Shown piece after piece: positions 36,301 to 42,896 of a stretch of DNA of 51,257 nucleotides; positions within the stretch are counted from its first letter, which is position 1; each line of letters opens with the position of its first letter. The notes below the pieces were generated by a model that was given only the letters and a program-made list of their open reading frames with translations, was not told the origin of the DNA and did no database searches. Where the stretch lies: the NCBI GenBank assembly GCA_002409445.1, contig DHNJ01000268.1, forward strand, positions 1,039-52,295. The letters run 5' to 3'. The stretch comes from Armatimonadetes bacterium UBA5419. Lineage in GTDB: Bacteria; Armatimonadota; UBA10988. The position numbers and the translations under genes are program-made.

Positions 36301-36945
36301 CGCCAGATCCAGGCAGTTACCGAGGCCCTGCTCGAGAACATCTTGGGGGAGGCGGATCTTCTGGCCGACGTCCTCGTAACTCGCAGCGATCGTCGAGTAA
36401 GTGATGCCGCGCGCCTGCAGCGCGCCGTAGATCGCCGCGACCGTCGCGCTGACCCGGTCGGAGTCCTCGCCTTGGTAGCTAATCAGCGCCGAAACACCGG
36501 TATGCGTCTCGAGGATCTGCCCCGCCTCGCGCAGGACGGCGTCGATGCGGGGGGCGTTGGGGGTGACGAAGGCAGCTAGCGACTCGGGCACGGTGAACAC
36601 ACCCGTCCACTGGTCGCCTGGCAGCAGCGCAATCTCGCGCACTTGGCTGCCGACGACCTCGTCGCCAACCCGTGCCTCGACGATCAGTTCGCCGCGCATG
36701 CGTTCATTCAGATCACGGAGGAACGAGTGGTTGAGGCGCAAGGCCGGCGGGGGCAGTTCGCGCGGGATATCCGCGAACAGCTGGTCCACACCCACCGTCC
36801 ACGGTTCGCAGAACTCCGGCTCCGAGCGGATACTGACCTGCACTTCCGGCAGGTCTGGCCCGCTCGTTAACTCGACGCGCAAGCCCCAGAGCAGCCGGAT
36901 GTCGTTGTGCCATAGGGCGTACGAAACTGCCGGCTGATCGGCCAT
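30331..36945 (-). CDS. Giant (~2,204 aa) multidomain protein: N-terminal transglutaminase/papain-like module, DUF4011, Upf1-like SF1 helicase (AAA_11/AAA_12) with ~800-aa helical insert, REase (MTES/DUF559-like) domain, DUF3320
   Basis: Positions use ORF-track numbering. GLGNCLDLAV (C267), THAFVGCW (H293), VFFEAT. DUF4011-like RLLDFSLNNRLLNFR. Walker A LHGPPGTGKSQT (727-734), Walker B VVFDEASQ (1628-1631), VGDPRQLPP, NWHYRSRHESL, VQGDERDV, LNVAVTRSR. DYRLDLAV...GIACDGASYRQ...RDRDLLRRDVLAGLGWRLERVYSLEWW. C-terminal DUF3320-like tail. ATG 36945 is chosen; a GTG/TTG slightly upstream is possible. Confidence 0.85.
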   Translation of the reverse strand: MADQPAVSYALWHNDIRLLWGLRVELTSGPDLPEVQVSIRSEPEFCEPWTVGVDQLFADIPRELPPPALRLNHSFLRDLNERMRGELIVEARVGDEVVGSQVREIALLPGDQWTGVFTVPESLAAFVTPNAPRIDAVLREAGQILETHTGVSALISYQGEDSDRVSATVAAIYGALQARGITYSTIAASYEDVGQKIRLPQDVLEQGLGNCLDLAVLAAAVLEQAALNPILYITRTHAFVGCWLLDTTFPEAVVWEASQLRKRASLGQVVFFEATALTDRNISFAAASRIAQRQLDDRRDFILAVDVHRTRLSGLRPLPSGGTGEVIADAPVDAHAAAMPHELIKPWTPTAQTPAEKVTGGARPDRWKQRLLDFSLNNRLLNFRLTAKSIRLEAPDLAALEDALASGRKLQVHGPPQEFSRSRLAAARDRALRTGNDLADELLKSELQAGRLRVLLDEATLQRNLVGISRDARLSLDENGANTLFLALGFLVWLVPMQNRACVAPLLLMPVTIQRRSRHERFELRAGNDETVFNSTLLEFLTKEHKLTLEGLDPLPTDENGVDIHEVMNIVTHAVSGVPHWEVIQAACLGLFSFTKFLMWRDLDVRADDLRRNAVVQHLIDTPTAAFRDPAVLTAEPSGNGPAYLPVVSVDSSQLKAVEAAVRGHSYVLHGPPGTGKSQTITSLIANALYAGKTVLFVAEKAAALNVVHSRLERLGLGPFTLALHSNKAQKASVLADLAATLNLQRSRAGTDWKECANHYKELRAQLEGYHDALHRRQAPGHSMHDALSTIAQLREMPAYDLGWPPTTLPPPETLARCRRLAADLRTAAQGVEHLDGGPWAGLPERSYSLAWREAVRQRLGDLRAALDTFQQAREAVRSLAPVLDLQGPRRSRTVADVLVSLLQIDRTLARFGLSDDWPTAQPHLAALVESGRRSADEQGRLQDTYGAAALAELPDITGAECQAIPQLAHLVEAAWTSPETIRDVLDRTAQATEALATHAASWATARGAAVPTGWAASSALGALADLVSRAPAGAAILVAPDAPLAAAREAVDAVRDLTTHTDELTARYGTAVLDLDAVALHAELVQAQAAFFLVRGRKVAQVLAPLVALDTLTQAPATDERADHLSALAGLQRRRHEIDRLSNDGTRLLGDRWAGAATDLGAAESTLAWADDFHDQLVASATSNLAIVVTNALAVQHDPAEAARRADLHAAAQQAETARADLARVWPTSLPDDHTTALTLVADARQAVEAAAVLCAAGGGPESAATLSTDLPAALDAGAHLRAVASTAAEPWLGALWQGAATEWSALQTALDALASLRKTAHTLLGEGAAEAVAPFLETAQAAGAAPRVQALLQGAVALDDAVTALAAELGTEASWLAEPSDDDAYLDRLAARSAALTDSLGDVQGWLDWRQARGAAAQGGLSALLAPIEQGELPADEVADSFEHSYARWFTQFVVDAEPALLRFRRATFEHTLAEFAKADKQVMDAAQAHLIAKLAKEVPQVGTYVNDNSEVGILLRQTQRQRGHLPLRSLFAQIPRLLGKLKPVLLMSPLSVAQYLDPKHPPFDLVVFDEASQIPVWDAIGAMARGSSVVIVGDPRQLPPTSFFERAEADDEPADDEEVRDLESILDDCQAAQIGQHHLNWHYRSRHESLITFSNHRYYDRRLVTFPSPDRDSAVSFRFVGGTYDRGGERTNQAEAEAIVTEIEERLADPLRQHQSLGVVTFNMAQQRLIEDLLEMRSGSNSVLDAALDPEREEPLFVKNLENVQGDERDVILFSICFGPDSEGRVAMNFGPLNKAGGARRLNVAVTRSRRETMIFASLRAEDIDLGRVSKEGGVGDLKAYLDFAERGLGALTGGTTSDGTAASEQSIEQALAEALRARGHEVDLAVGSSDYRLDLAVRDPRDPTRHILGIACDGASYRQASSVRDRDLLRRDVLAGLGWRLERVYSLEWWQEPKRVLARLEKAISAALAAPSDAQPAEPEKAPEPVANETPPADDNDVLAADEAAPAHTQTEWPVYRESRPRAPLGTREDFFGPSARAKIATVLSAVVQREGPLSLEAASRRVIQFWDIKSLTKPVRVAVDNALPAAAVDVHRRGERTFLWPAGADPAQYRVFRVNGDAEREKRKAEEIAPEEVANAAAEVLRQQIGLPREDLVTETARLLGYQRVSAPMREYFNEAVEILLATGRAEQIDGADRLHLTG

Positions 36946-37040
36946 CTGCAGATCAAGGGCCACCGTCGTGGTCGTGCCTAGTTCACTCGTACCCTCAGCC
37001 AAGCCCCACACTCCCCCGCATCGATAGCGGTCCGTCTCGC

Positions 37041-37070
37041 ATCTTAGCCGCGACCGCGGTCGAGGGGCAA
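37041..37070 (-). promoter_or_regulatory. Candidate promoter for the giant helicase gene (TTGCCC-N18-TAAGAT on minus strand)
   Basis: The reverse complement of 37041-37070 reads TTGCCC ctcgaccgcggtcgcggc TAAGAT, about 95 nt upstream of ATG 36945. Confidence 0.3.
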
Positions 37071-37097
37071 GTCGGTGGGCTCGAGCCCTCGAACCCC

Positions 37098-37126
37098 TTG
37101 TCGGCAGGCGCACCTTCGGGTAGACT
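37098..37126 (+). promoter_or_regulatory. Candidate sigma70 promoter for the tRNA/SRP RNA array (TTGTCG-N17-TAGACT)
   Basis: TTGTCG at 37098-37103 and TAGACT at 37121-37126. The first tRNA begins 13 nt downstream. Confidence 0.45.
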
Positions 37127-37138
37127 AATTGGCTAGCG

Positions 37139-37226
37139 GGAGAGGTGGCCGAGCGGCTGAAGGCGTCCGCCTGCTAAGCGGGAGCACCCTAGACCGGTGC
37201 CGCGGGTTCGAATCCCGCCCTCTCCG
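37139..37226 (+). tRNA. tRNA-Ser (anticodon GCU), class II with long variable arm
   Basis: Hand-folded. Acceptor GGAGAGG/CCTCTCC, anticodon stem TCCGC/GCGGG with loop CTGCTAA, variable stem GCACC/GGTGC, T arm GCGGG-TTCGAAT-CCCGC. No encoded CCA. Confidence 0.85.
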
Positions 37227-37234
37227 TAGTCTGT

Positions 37235-37306
37235 GCCCCTGTAGCTCAATGGATAGAGCGGCCGCCTCCTAAGCGGTAGATCTGGGTTCGATTCCCGGTA
37301 GGGGCA
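37235..37306 (+). tRNA. tRNA-Arg (anticodon CCU)
   Basis: Acceptor GCCCCTG/TAGGGGC, D arm GCTC-AATGGATA-GAGC, anticodon loop CTCCTAA, T loop TTCGATT. Ends are good to about 1-2 nt. Confidence 0.8.
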
Positions 37307-37333
37307 GGCACGGGCGAGGTCCCGTAACCCTGT

Positions 37334-37421
37334 GGAGGGGTGTCCGAGTGGTTGATGGTGCCGCTCTCGAAAAGCGGTGTGCGGTGTCCCCGCACCGTGG
37401 GTTCGAATCCCACCTCCTCCG
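37334..37421 (+). tRNA. tRNA-Ser (anticodon CGA), class II
   Basis: Acceptor GGAGGGG/CTCCTCC (one G-U pair), anticodon stem CCGCT/AGCGG with loop CTCGAAA, variable stem GTGCGG/CCGCAC, T arm GTGGG-TTCGAAT-CCCAC. Confidence 0.85.
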
Positions 37422-37467
37422 TGTCCGCAGTATCCTTGGTGCGTGCGGCGGACGTTAGAAGAGATGA

Positions 37468-37539
37468 GCCCCCGTAGCTCAGTGGATAGAGCGCAGGTCT
37501 CCGGAACCTGAGGCGCTAGTTCAATTCTAGCCGGGGGTA
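37468..37539 (+). tRNA. tRNA-Arg (anticodon CCG)
   Basis: Acceptor GCCCCCG/CGGGGGT, D arm GCTC-AGTGGATA-GAGC, anticodon stem CAGGT/ACCTG with loop CTCCGGA, T arm GCTAG-TTCAATT-CTAGC. Confidence 0.8.
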
Positions 37540-37572
37540 TTGACGAGTTGGCGAGGTGCGCTCGTCGTAGCT

Positions 37573-37660
37573 GGAGGAGTGACCGAGCTGGTTTAAGGAG
37601 CGCGATTGGAAATCGCGTGTGGGCGAAAGTCCACCGGGGGTTCGAATCCCCCCTCCTCCG
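37573..37660 (+). tRNA. tRNA-Ser (anticodon GGA), class II
   Basis: Acceptor GGAGGAG/CTCCTCC, anticodon stem CGCGA/TCGCG with loop TTGGAAA, long variable arm, T arm GGGGG-TTCGAAT-CCCCC. Confidence 0.85.
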
Positions 37661-37675
37661 CTGAGATCGTGCTAG

Positions 37676-37941
<266 letters not shown>

Positions 37942-37942
<1 letters not shown>

Positions 37943-37970
37943 CACCCGACTCAGCCCCTGAGTCGGGTGG
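37942..37970 (+). terminator. Intrinsic-terminator-like hairpin closing the tRNA/SRP RNA array
   Basis: Perfect 13-bp stem CCACCCGACTCAG / CTGAGTCGGGTGG with a 3-nt loop, followed by CGCGCTTTCGTCTT (a weak U-tract). Confidence 0.55.
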
Positions 37971-37982
37971 CGCGCTTTCGTC

Positions 37983-38011
37983 TTGACACTCGTCACACCA
38001 GCCACCAAGAT
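37983..38011 (+). promoter_or_regulatory. Candidate sigma70 promoter (TTGACA-N17-CAAGAT) for the serine hydrolase gene
   Basis: Consensus -35 TTGACA at 37983-37988 and CAAGAT at 38006-38011. The ATG is at 38022, which implies a very short or absent leader. Confidence 0.35.
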
Positions 38012-38021
38012 AGGCAACACC

Positions 38022-39068
38022 ATGGCTATCCACCCTAAGCTCGCGGACTGGTGGCGCTCGGTCACCAAGGGCATCGATGCTGGTGCTGCGCCGGGGGTCG
38101 CCTGCTGGGTCCAGCGCCGTGGGGAGGTCGTGCTCCACGATTGCCATGGCCTGGCTGCAGCCAAACCCGAGCCCGACCCGGTGCGGCTCGACATGTGGTG
38201 GGATCTCGCCTCCCTGTCCAAGGCCTTATCCACAACCCTCTGTGCGCTCAAGTTGGCGGAGGACGGCCGCCTGCCGCTCGATGTCCCGCTCGGCCAGTCC
38301 GTGCCCGGCCCCTTCGCCGAGGACGACCGACTCGCGTTCATCACCCCGCGGCTGCTGCTGACGCATACGACCGGCCTACCCTCCTGGCGTCGGTTCTACC
38401 GCACCTACCAGTCGCGCGCCGAGGTGCGCGAAGCCCTGCTGGCGACCAACCCCACCCAACCTGCCGGCCGCGGCTGCGTCTACTCCGATCTCGGCTTCCT
38501 GCTGCTCGGCTTCGCGATCGAGGCTGCGGCCGGCCAGCGGCAGGACGAGTTCTTGGAGGAGTCGATCCTCACCCCGCTCGGGCTCAGCGGCCGCCTGCGC
38601 TACGGCCCGCTGCCGCCGGAGGACTGCGCGGCGACCGAGGACTGCCCCTGGCGCGGCTACATCGCGCGGGGCGAGGTCCACGACGAGAACTGCGCCGCCT
38701 GTGACGGCGTCTCCGGGCACGCGGGTGTCTTCGCTACCGCCGAATCGGTCGGGTTGCTGCTCGAGGCGGTCATGCGTCGCCGGCTGCTCACGGCCGAGAC
38801 CTGGAACGACTGCTTCACCGTGCGTGAGGATGTGGCCGCCGGCCGCTTCTGGCTGGGGTTCAAGCGGCTGGGCTACGAGAGCGGTGACGAGACCGCCTTC
38901 GGCCACGACGGATTCACCGGCACGCTCGGCTGGGTCTGCCCGCGGGAGGAACTGGTCGTCGCCCTGCTGACCAACCGGGTCCACCCCACGCGCCAGAACT
39001 CGCTGCTCTATGACTACCGGCCGCGCTGGATCGCCGACCTGGCCAAACTGGCGGGCGAAACCTGGTGA
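38022..39068 (+). CDS. Serine hydrolase, beta-lactamase (class C)/penicillin-binding-protein-related family
   Basis: SxxK motif DLASLSKAL, YxN-like VYSDLGF, and HDGFTGT near the C-terminus. Confidence 0.75.
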   Translation: MAIHPKLADWWRSVTKGIDAGAAPGVACWVQRRGEVVLHDCHGLAAAKPEPDPVRLDMWWDLASLSKALSTTLCALKLAEDGRLPLDVPLGQSVPGPFAEDDRLAFITPRLLLTHTTGLPSWRRFYRTYQSRAEVREALLATNPTQPAGRGCVYSDLGFLLLGFAIEAAAGQRQDEFLEESILTPLGLSGRLRYGPLPPEDCAATEDCPWRGYIARGEVHDENCAACDGVSGHAGVFATAESVGLLLEAVMRRRLLTAETWNDCFTVREDVAAGRFWLGFKRLGYESGDETAFGHDGFTGTLGWVCPREELVVALLTNRVHPTRQNSLLYDYRPRWIADLAKLAGETW

Positions 39069-39628
39069 CCGTCTGGAAGCTGCTGGGCATCGCGCTCGGG
39101 CTGTCGATGGACGCCTTCGCGGTGGCCGTGGCGTCCAGCATCGCGTTGGTGCGGCTCGGCCGCCGGCGCATCTTCCGCCTCTCGTTTCACTTCGGTCTCT
39201 TTCAGGGCCTGATGCCCGTGATCGGCTGGCTGGTCGGCGTCCAGGTCGGCCCGTGGCTGCACGCCATCGACCACTGGATTGCCTTCGGCCTGCTCGCCTT
39301 CCTCGGCGGCCGCAGCATCCATGAGGCGCTGCACCGCGAGCCCGACGAGTCGCCGCTGGGCGACCCCACGCGCGGCTGGCGGATGGTCCTGCTGTCCTTG
39401 GCGACGAGTATTGACGCGCTCGCCGTGGGCCTGATCTTCGCTCTGGAGCGCGAGGAGATCCTCTGGCCGGCGCTAGTCATCGGCGTCGTCTGCGGCACGC
39501 TGACGATGGTCGGCATGAAGCTGGGCAGCCGCGTCGGCCGGCGCTTCGGCGTCCGCCTAGAGGTCGCGGGCGGTCTGGTGCTCGTCGCGATTGGACTCAA
39601 GATACTCTTGGAGCACCTGGGCTGGTAG
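39065..39628 (+). CDS. mntP: Manganese efflux pump MntP (DUF204 repeats)
   Basis: LGLSMDAFAVAVASS and LSLATSIDALAVGL repeats, six TM helices. The GTG start overlaps the upstream TGA (GTGA). Confidence 0.8.
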   Translation: MTVWKLLGIALGLSMDAFAVAVASSIALVRLGRRRIFRLSFHFGLFQGLMPVIGWLVGVQVGPWLHAIDHWIAFGLLAFLGGRSIHEALHREPDESPLGDPTRGWRMVLLSLATSIDALAVGLIFALEREEILWPALVIGVVCGTLTMVGMKLGSRVGRRFGVRLEVAGGLVLVAIGLKILLEHLGW

Positions 39629-39642
39629 CCTAGATCCAAGCT

Positions 39643-40020
39643 ATGTCTCATTTCACTCGCATCCGAACCAAGCTGCGCAACCTTGTCCTCCTGGAGCGTG
39701 CCCTGCGCGACCTCGGCTACGTGCCGAGTGTCGGCAACGTGCGTGTCCGCGGTTGGCACGGTGAGTCGCGGCGCGCCGACCTGGTCGTCCAGCAGCCCAA
39801 CGGCTACGACTTTGGCTTCCGCCTCGTCGATGGCGAGCTGGTCATGCTCGCCGACGTCTACGGCTTCCGTGGCAACCCCGCCGATCTGCTCGGCACGATC
39901 AGTCAGCGCTACGCCTACCACGTCTGCCGCGAGCAGGCCGAGGCGCAGGGCTTCCAGGTCACCGGCGAAACAGTCGACGAAGACGGCACGATCCGCCTCG
40001 TCGTCGAACGCTACAGCTGA
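39643..40020 (+). CDS. DUF1257 (Ycf35-like) domain protein
   Basis: MSHFTRIRTKLRNLVLLERALRDLGY... matches the remembered DUF1257 N-terminal pattern. 125 aa. Confidence 0.65.
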   Translation: MSHFTRIRTKLRNLVLLERALRDLGYVPSVGNVRVRGWHGESRRADLVVQQPNGYDFGFRLVDGELVMLADVYGFRGNPADLLGTISQRYAYHVCREQAEAQGFQVTGETVDEDGTIRLVVERYS

Positions 40021-40032
40021 GCGGAGGTCCCC

Positions 40033-40242
40033 ATGGCACGCGAACGTATCGAATTCACCATTCGGCCCGACGGCACCGTCGAGGAGCGCACGATCGGTAT
40101 CCCCGGTGAAGCGTGCGAGGAGGCGACCGCCGGCGCCGAGGCGGCACTGGGCGAAATCGTCCACCGCGAAGCCACCGCCGAGCGTTACGAGGCGCCGGTC
40201 GACGAAGCGCCGCCGGTCTACTCCCGGCGGGACGACGACTGA
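40033..40242 (+). CDS. DUF2997-like small protein
   Basis: IEFTIRPDGTVEERTIGIPGEACEEATAGAEAALGEIVHREATAEY-like pattern. 69 aa, lying 12 nt after the DUF1257 gene. Confidence 0.55.
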   Translation: MARERIEFTIRPDGTVEERTIGIPGEACEEATAGAEAALGEIVHREATAERYEAPVDEAPPVYSRRDDD

Positions 40243-40243
40243 G

Positions 40244-41329
40244 ATGGCTCGTCACGCGGTCGCGTTGTCCGGCGGGGTCGACAGTGCGGTGGCCGCCGCG
40301 CTGCTGGCCGCCGAAGGCCACGAGTTGCTCGCACTGACTCTCAACCTCGGCACCGCGAGCGGCTCCTGTGCTGGTCCGGCAGATGTCGAGGCGGCGGCCC
40401 GCGTCGCCGACCAGCTGGGCCTGCAGCACGAGATCATCAACCACGGCGCCCACTTCGAACAGGCCGTCATCGGACCCTTTGTCGACGCCTACGCCGCTGG
40501 CCTGACGCCGAACCCCTGCGTGTGCTGCAACGCCACGGTAAAGTTCGGCCTGCTGCTTGACCTGGCCGCCGAGCGGGGCTGCGAGGCCCTGGCGACCGGC
40601 CATTACGCGCGGTGCGAGCCGGCTGCTGACGGCGGCTGGCGGCTGCGACGAGGCACCGACCCACGCAAGGACCAGTCCTACGTGCTGCACGCTCTGAGCC
40701 AGGACCAACTGGCGCGTGTGCGATGGCCGCTGGGCGGGTTCGATAAGGCCCGGACAAGGGCGCTAGCCGCCGAGTTGGGGCTAGTGGCTGCTGAGCGGCC
40801 CGACAGCCAGGATCTGTGCTTCGCCGCCAACGGCCACGCCGCGTTTGTCGTCGCGCGGCGGCCGGAGGCGGGCCAGCCCGGCGCCATTGTCGACGGCGAC
40901 GGCCGCGTGTTGGGTACGCATCGCGGCGTGGCCTGGTATACCGTGGGCCAGCGGCGGGGTCTGGGGCTGGCGCGGGCCGAGGCCTGGATCGTCGTCGAGC
41001 TGCGCGCGGCCAGCCGAGAGGTGGTGGTTGCACCGTTGGATGAGGCGGGCTGGACGGACTTTGCCCTGGCGCCGACCGGTGAGCCGACCCCAAGGCGGCT
41101 GCTGTCGCCGAAGCTTGCCGCCTTGGCACAGGTGCGGTACCGTATGATGGTGCGGCCGTGCCAAGCCAGTGGCGTAGGCGAGCGAGTGGTGCAGGTCCGT
41201 TTGGACCAACCCATGACGGGCATCGCTCCTGGTCAAGCGGCGGTCTTGTATGACCAGCAGGGCTACGTTTTGCTCGGCGGGCCCATACTTGTCGCGCAAG
41301 ACGCCATGACAGAGGAGAGTGCTCGATGA
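40244..41329 (+). CDS. mnmA: tRNA 2-thiouridine(34) synthase
   Basis: PP-loop VALSGGVDSAVAA, NPCVCCN, ATGHYAR, KDQSYVL. ATG 40244 is 1 nt after the DUF2997 stop. The track N-terminal extension from 39683 is rejected. Confidence 0.85.
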   Translation: MARHAVALSGGVDSAVAAALLAAEGHELLALTLNLGTASGSCAGPADVEAAARVADQLGLQHEIINHGAHFEQAVIGPFVDAYAAGLTPNPCVCCNATVKFGLLLDLAAERGCEALATGHYARCEPAADGGWRLRRGTDPRKDQSYVLHALSQDQLARVRWPLGGFDKARTRALAAELGLVAAERPDSQDLCFAANGHAAFVVARRPEAGQPGAIVDGDGRVLGTHRGVAWYTVGQRRGLGLARAEAWIVVELRAASREVVVAPLDEAGWTDFALAPTGEPTPRRLLSPKLAALAQVRYRMMVRPCQASGVGERVVQVRLDQPMTGIAPGQAAVLYDQQGYVLLGGPILVAQDAMTEESAR

Positions 41330-42366
41330 TCATCATCATGAAGCCCACCGCGACCCGCGAAGAGACCGCGGCAGTCGTTGACGAAGTCCGCGCCAAGGGC
41401 TACGCGCCGAACCCGATCTACGGCGAGCAGTTGACAGTGGTGGCGGTGGTGGGCAAGCACCCCGGGGAGTTCCAGGGCTACTTCGAGGGCTTGGACGGCG
41501 TCGAGCGGTGCGTACTGATCGACCAGTCGTACAAGCTAGTCGCGCGCGCCGGTCGCCAGAGCCTCGGCTTCAAGGTCGGTGGAGACCTCACTGTTGGCGG
41601 TGGCAACCTCGTGGTCATCGCTGGGCCCTGCTCGGTCGAATCGGACGAGCAGATGATGGCTTGCGCGCGCGTGGCCAAGGAAGCCGGTGCGACGATGCTT
41701 CGCGGCGGCGCCTACAAGCCGCGCACCTCACCGTACAGCTTCCAAGGCATGGGTGAGGAAGGCCTCCAGTTGCTGGCCCACGTGCGCGACGAGACGGGCC
41801 TCAAGATTGTCTCCGAGTTCACGGACGCCCGCCAGTTTGACAATGGCGAGCACGAGTACGTGGACATGATTCAGCTCGGCGCCCGGAACATGCAGAACTT
41901 CGCGCTGCTGGCCGCCGCGGGCGAGACCGGCAAGCCCGTCCTGCTCAAGCGCGGCCTCGCCGCGACGATCGAGGACCTGCTCAACGCTGCCGAGTACATC
42001 GCCAGCCGGGGCACCGAAAACATCCTCCTCTGCGAGCGCGGTATACGCACCTTCGAGACGGCGACCCGCAATACGCTGGATATCGCGGCTGTGCCGGTGC
42101 TGCGTAAGCTCACGCACCTGCCCATCTGCTTGGACCCAAGCCATGCGGCAGGCGTGCGCGAGTTCATCCCACCGCTCGCTGCGGCCTCGGTGGCGGTTGG
42201 TGCGGACGCCTTGATGCTCGAGATTCACCCCAACCCCGCCGTGGCTAAGTCCGATGGCAGCCAGGCGCTCGAGTTCGACCTCTTCCGTGGGTTGATGAAG
42301 CGCATCATGAGCATGCCGCGCTGGACGTACGGCGAGGACATCCGCATCGGTGACGAGGAAGCTTGA
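41326..42366 (+). CDS. aroF: 3-deoxy-7-phosphoheptulonate (DAHP) synthase, type I-beta with N-terminal regulatory domain
   Basis: [50 protein letters not shown]. The ~70-aa N-terminal ferredoxin-like extension resembles the Thermotoga-type enzymes. ATGA overlap with mnmA, and GAGGAG is upstream. Confidence 0.85.
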   Translation: MIIIMKPTATREETAAVVDEVRAKGYAPNPIYGEQLTVVAVVGKHPGEFQGYFEGLDGVERCVLIDQSYKLVARAGRQSLGFKVGGDLTVGGGNLVVIAGPCSVESDEQMMACARVAKEAGATMLRGGAYKPRTSPYSFQGMGEEGLQLLAHVRDETGLKIVSEFTDARQFDNGEHEYVDMIQLGARNMQNFALLAAAGETGKPVLLKRGLAATIEDLLNAAEYIASRGTENILLCERGIRTFETATRNTLDIAAVPVLRKLTHLPICLDPSHAAGVREFIPPLAAASVAVGADALMLEIHPNPAVAKSDGSQALEFDLFRGLMKRIMSMPRWTYGEDIRIGDEEA

Positions 42367-42896
42367 TGGTAGACGACGCTGACCGACAGGATCTCGATCC
42401 GGGCGCCGAGTCGGCTGAGCCAGAGGCCGTTGCCGAGATGGTGCCGGCCGAGCAGTATGTGACCGTGGTCGCAGAGCGCGACCGCTACCTGCGCGCGCTG
42501 GCCGACGCCGACACCCGTGCTCGCCGCGCTGCCGAACAGGCGCAGATCCAGGTCGCGCGGGCCAACGAAGGCTTTCTGCTAGGTATCCTGCCAGTTCTGT
42601 CGGGAGTGACCCGCGCACTCGATGCTGCCCGTAGCGCCGATGACCTGGAGCAGATGAGCACCGGCCTTGAGTTGATCGACCGGCAACTGCACAGCTTCCT
42701 GGAGTCGGTCGGTGCAGTCTTCCTGGTGCCTTCGCCGGGCGACCCGTTCGATCCCGACCGGCATGAGGCCGTTTATAGCCAGCCGCCGACCGCCGCGGTC
42801 CCCGTGGGCCATATTATCGGTGTGATCGAGCCGGGCATCATGTTGCACGGTCAGTTGCTGCAGCCGGCCCGTGTGGCGGTCGCCGCGGCCGAATGA
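42366..42896 (+). CDS. grpE: Nucleotide exchange factor GrpE
   Basis: Coiled-coil RDRYLRALADADTRARRAAEQ, then FDPDRHEAV and G.IIGVIEPGIMLHGQLLQPARVAV at the C-terminus. Confidence 0.8.
   Translation: MVDDADRQDLDPGAESAEPEAVAEMVPAEQYVTVVAERDRYLRALADADTRARRAAEQAQIQVARANEGFLLGILPVLSGVTRALDAARSADDLEQMSTGLELIDRQLHSFLESVGAVFLVPSPGDPFDPDRHEAVYSQPPTAAVPVGHIIGVIEPGIMLHGQLLQPARVAVAAAE

Noticed and set aside
39683-40243. N-terminal 187-aa extension of the mnmA ORF overlapping the DUF1257 and DUF2997 genes
   Set aside because: The extension is Ser/Arg/Ala-rich with no motif. The MnmA PP-loop begins right after the internal ATG at 40244, and the DUF1257/DUF2997 frames carry recognisable family patterns.
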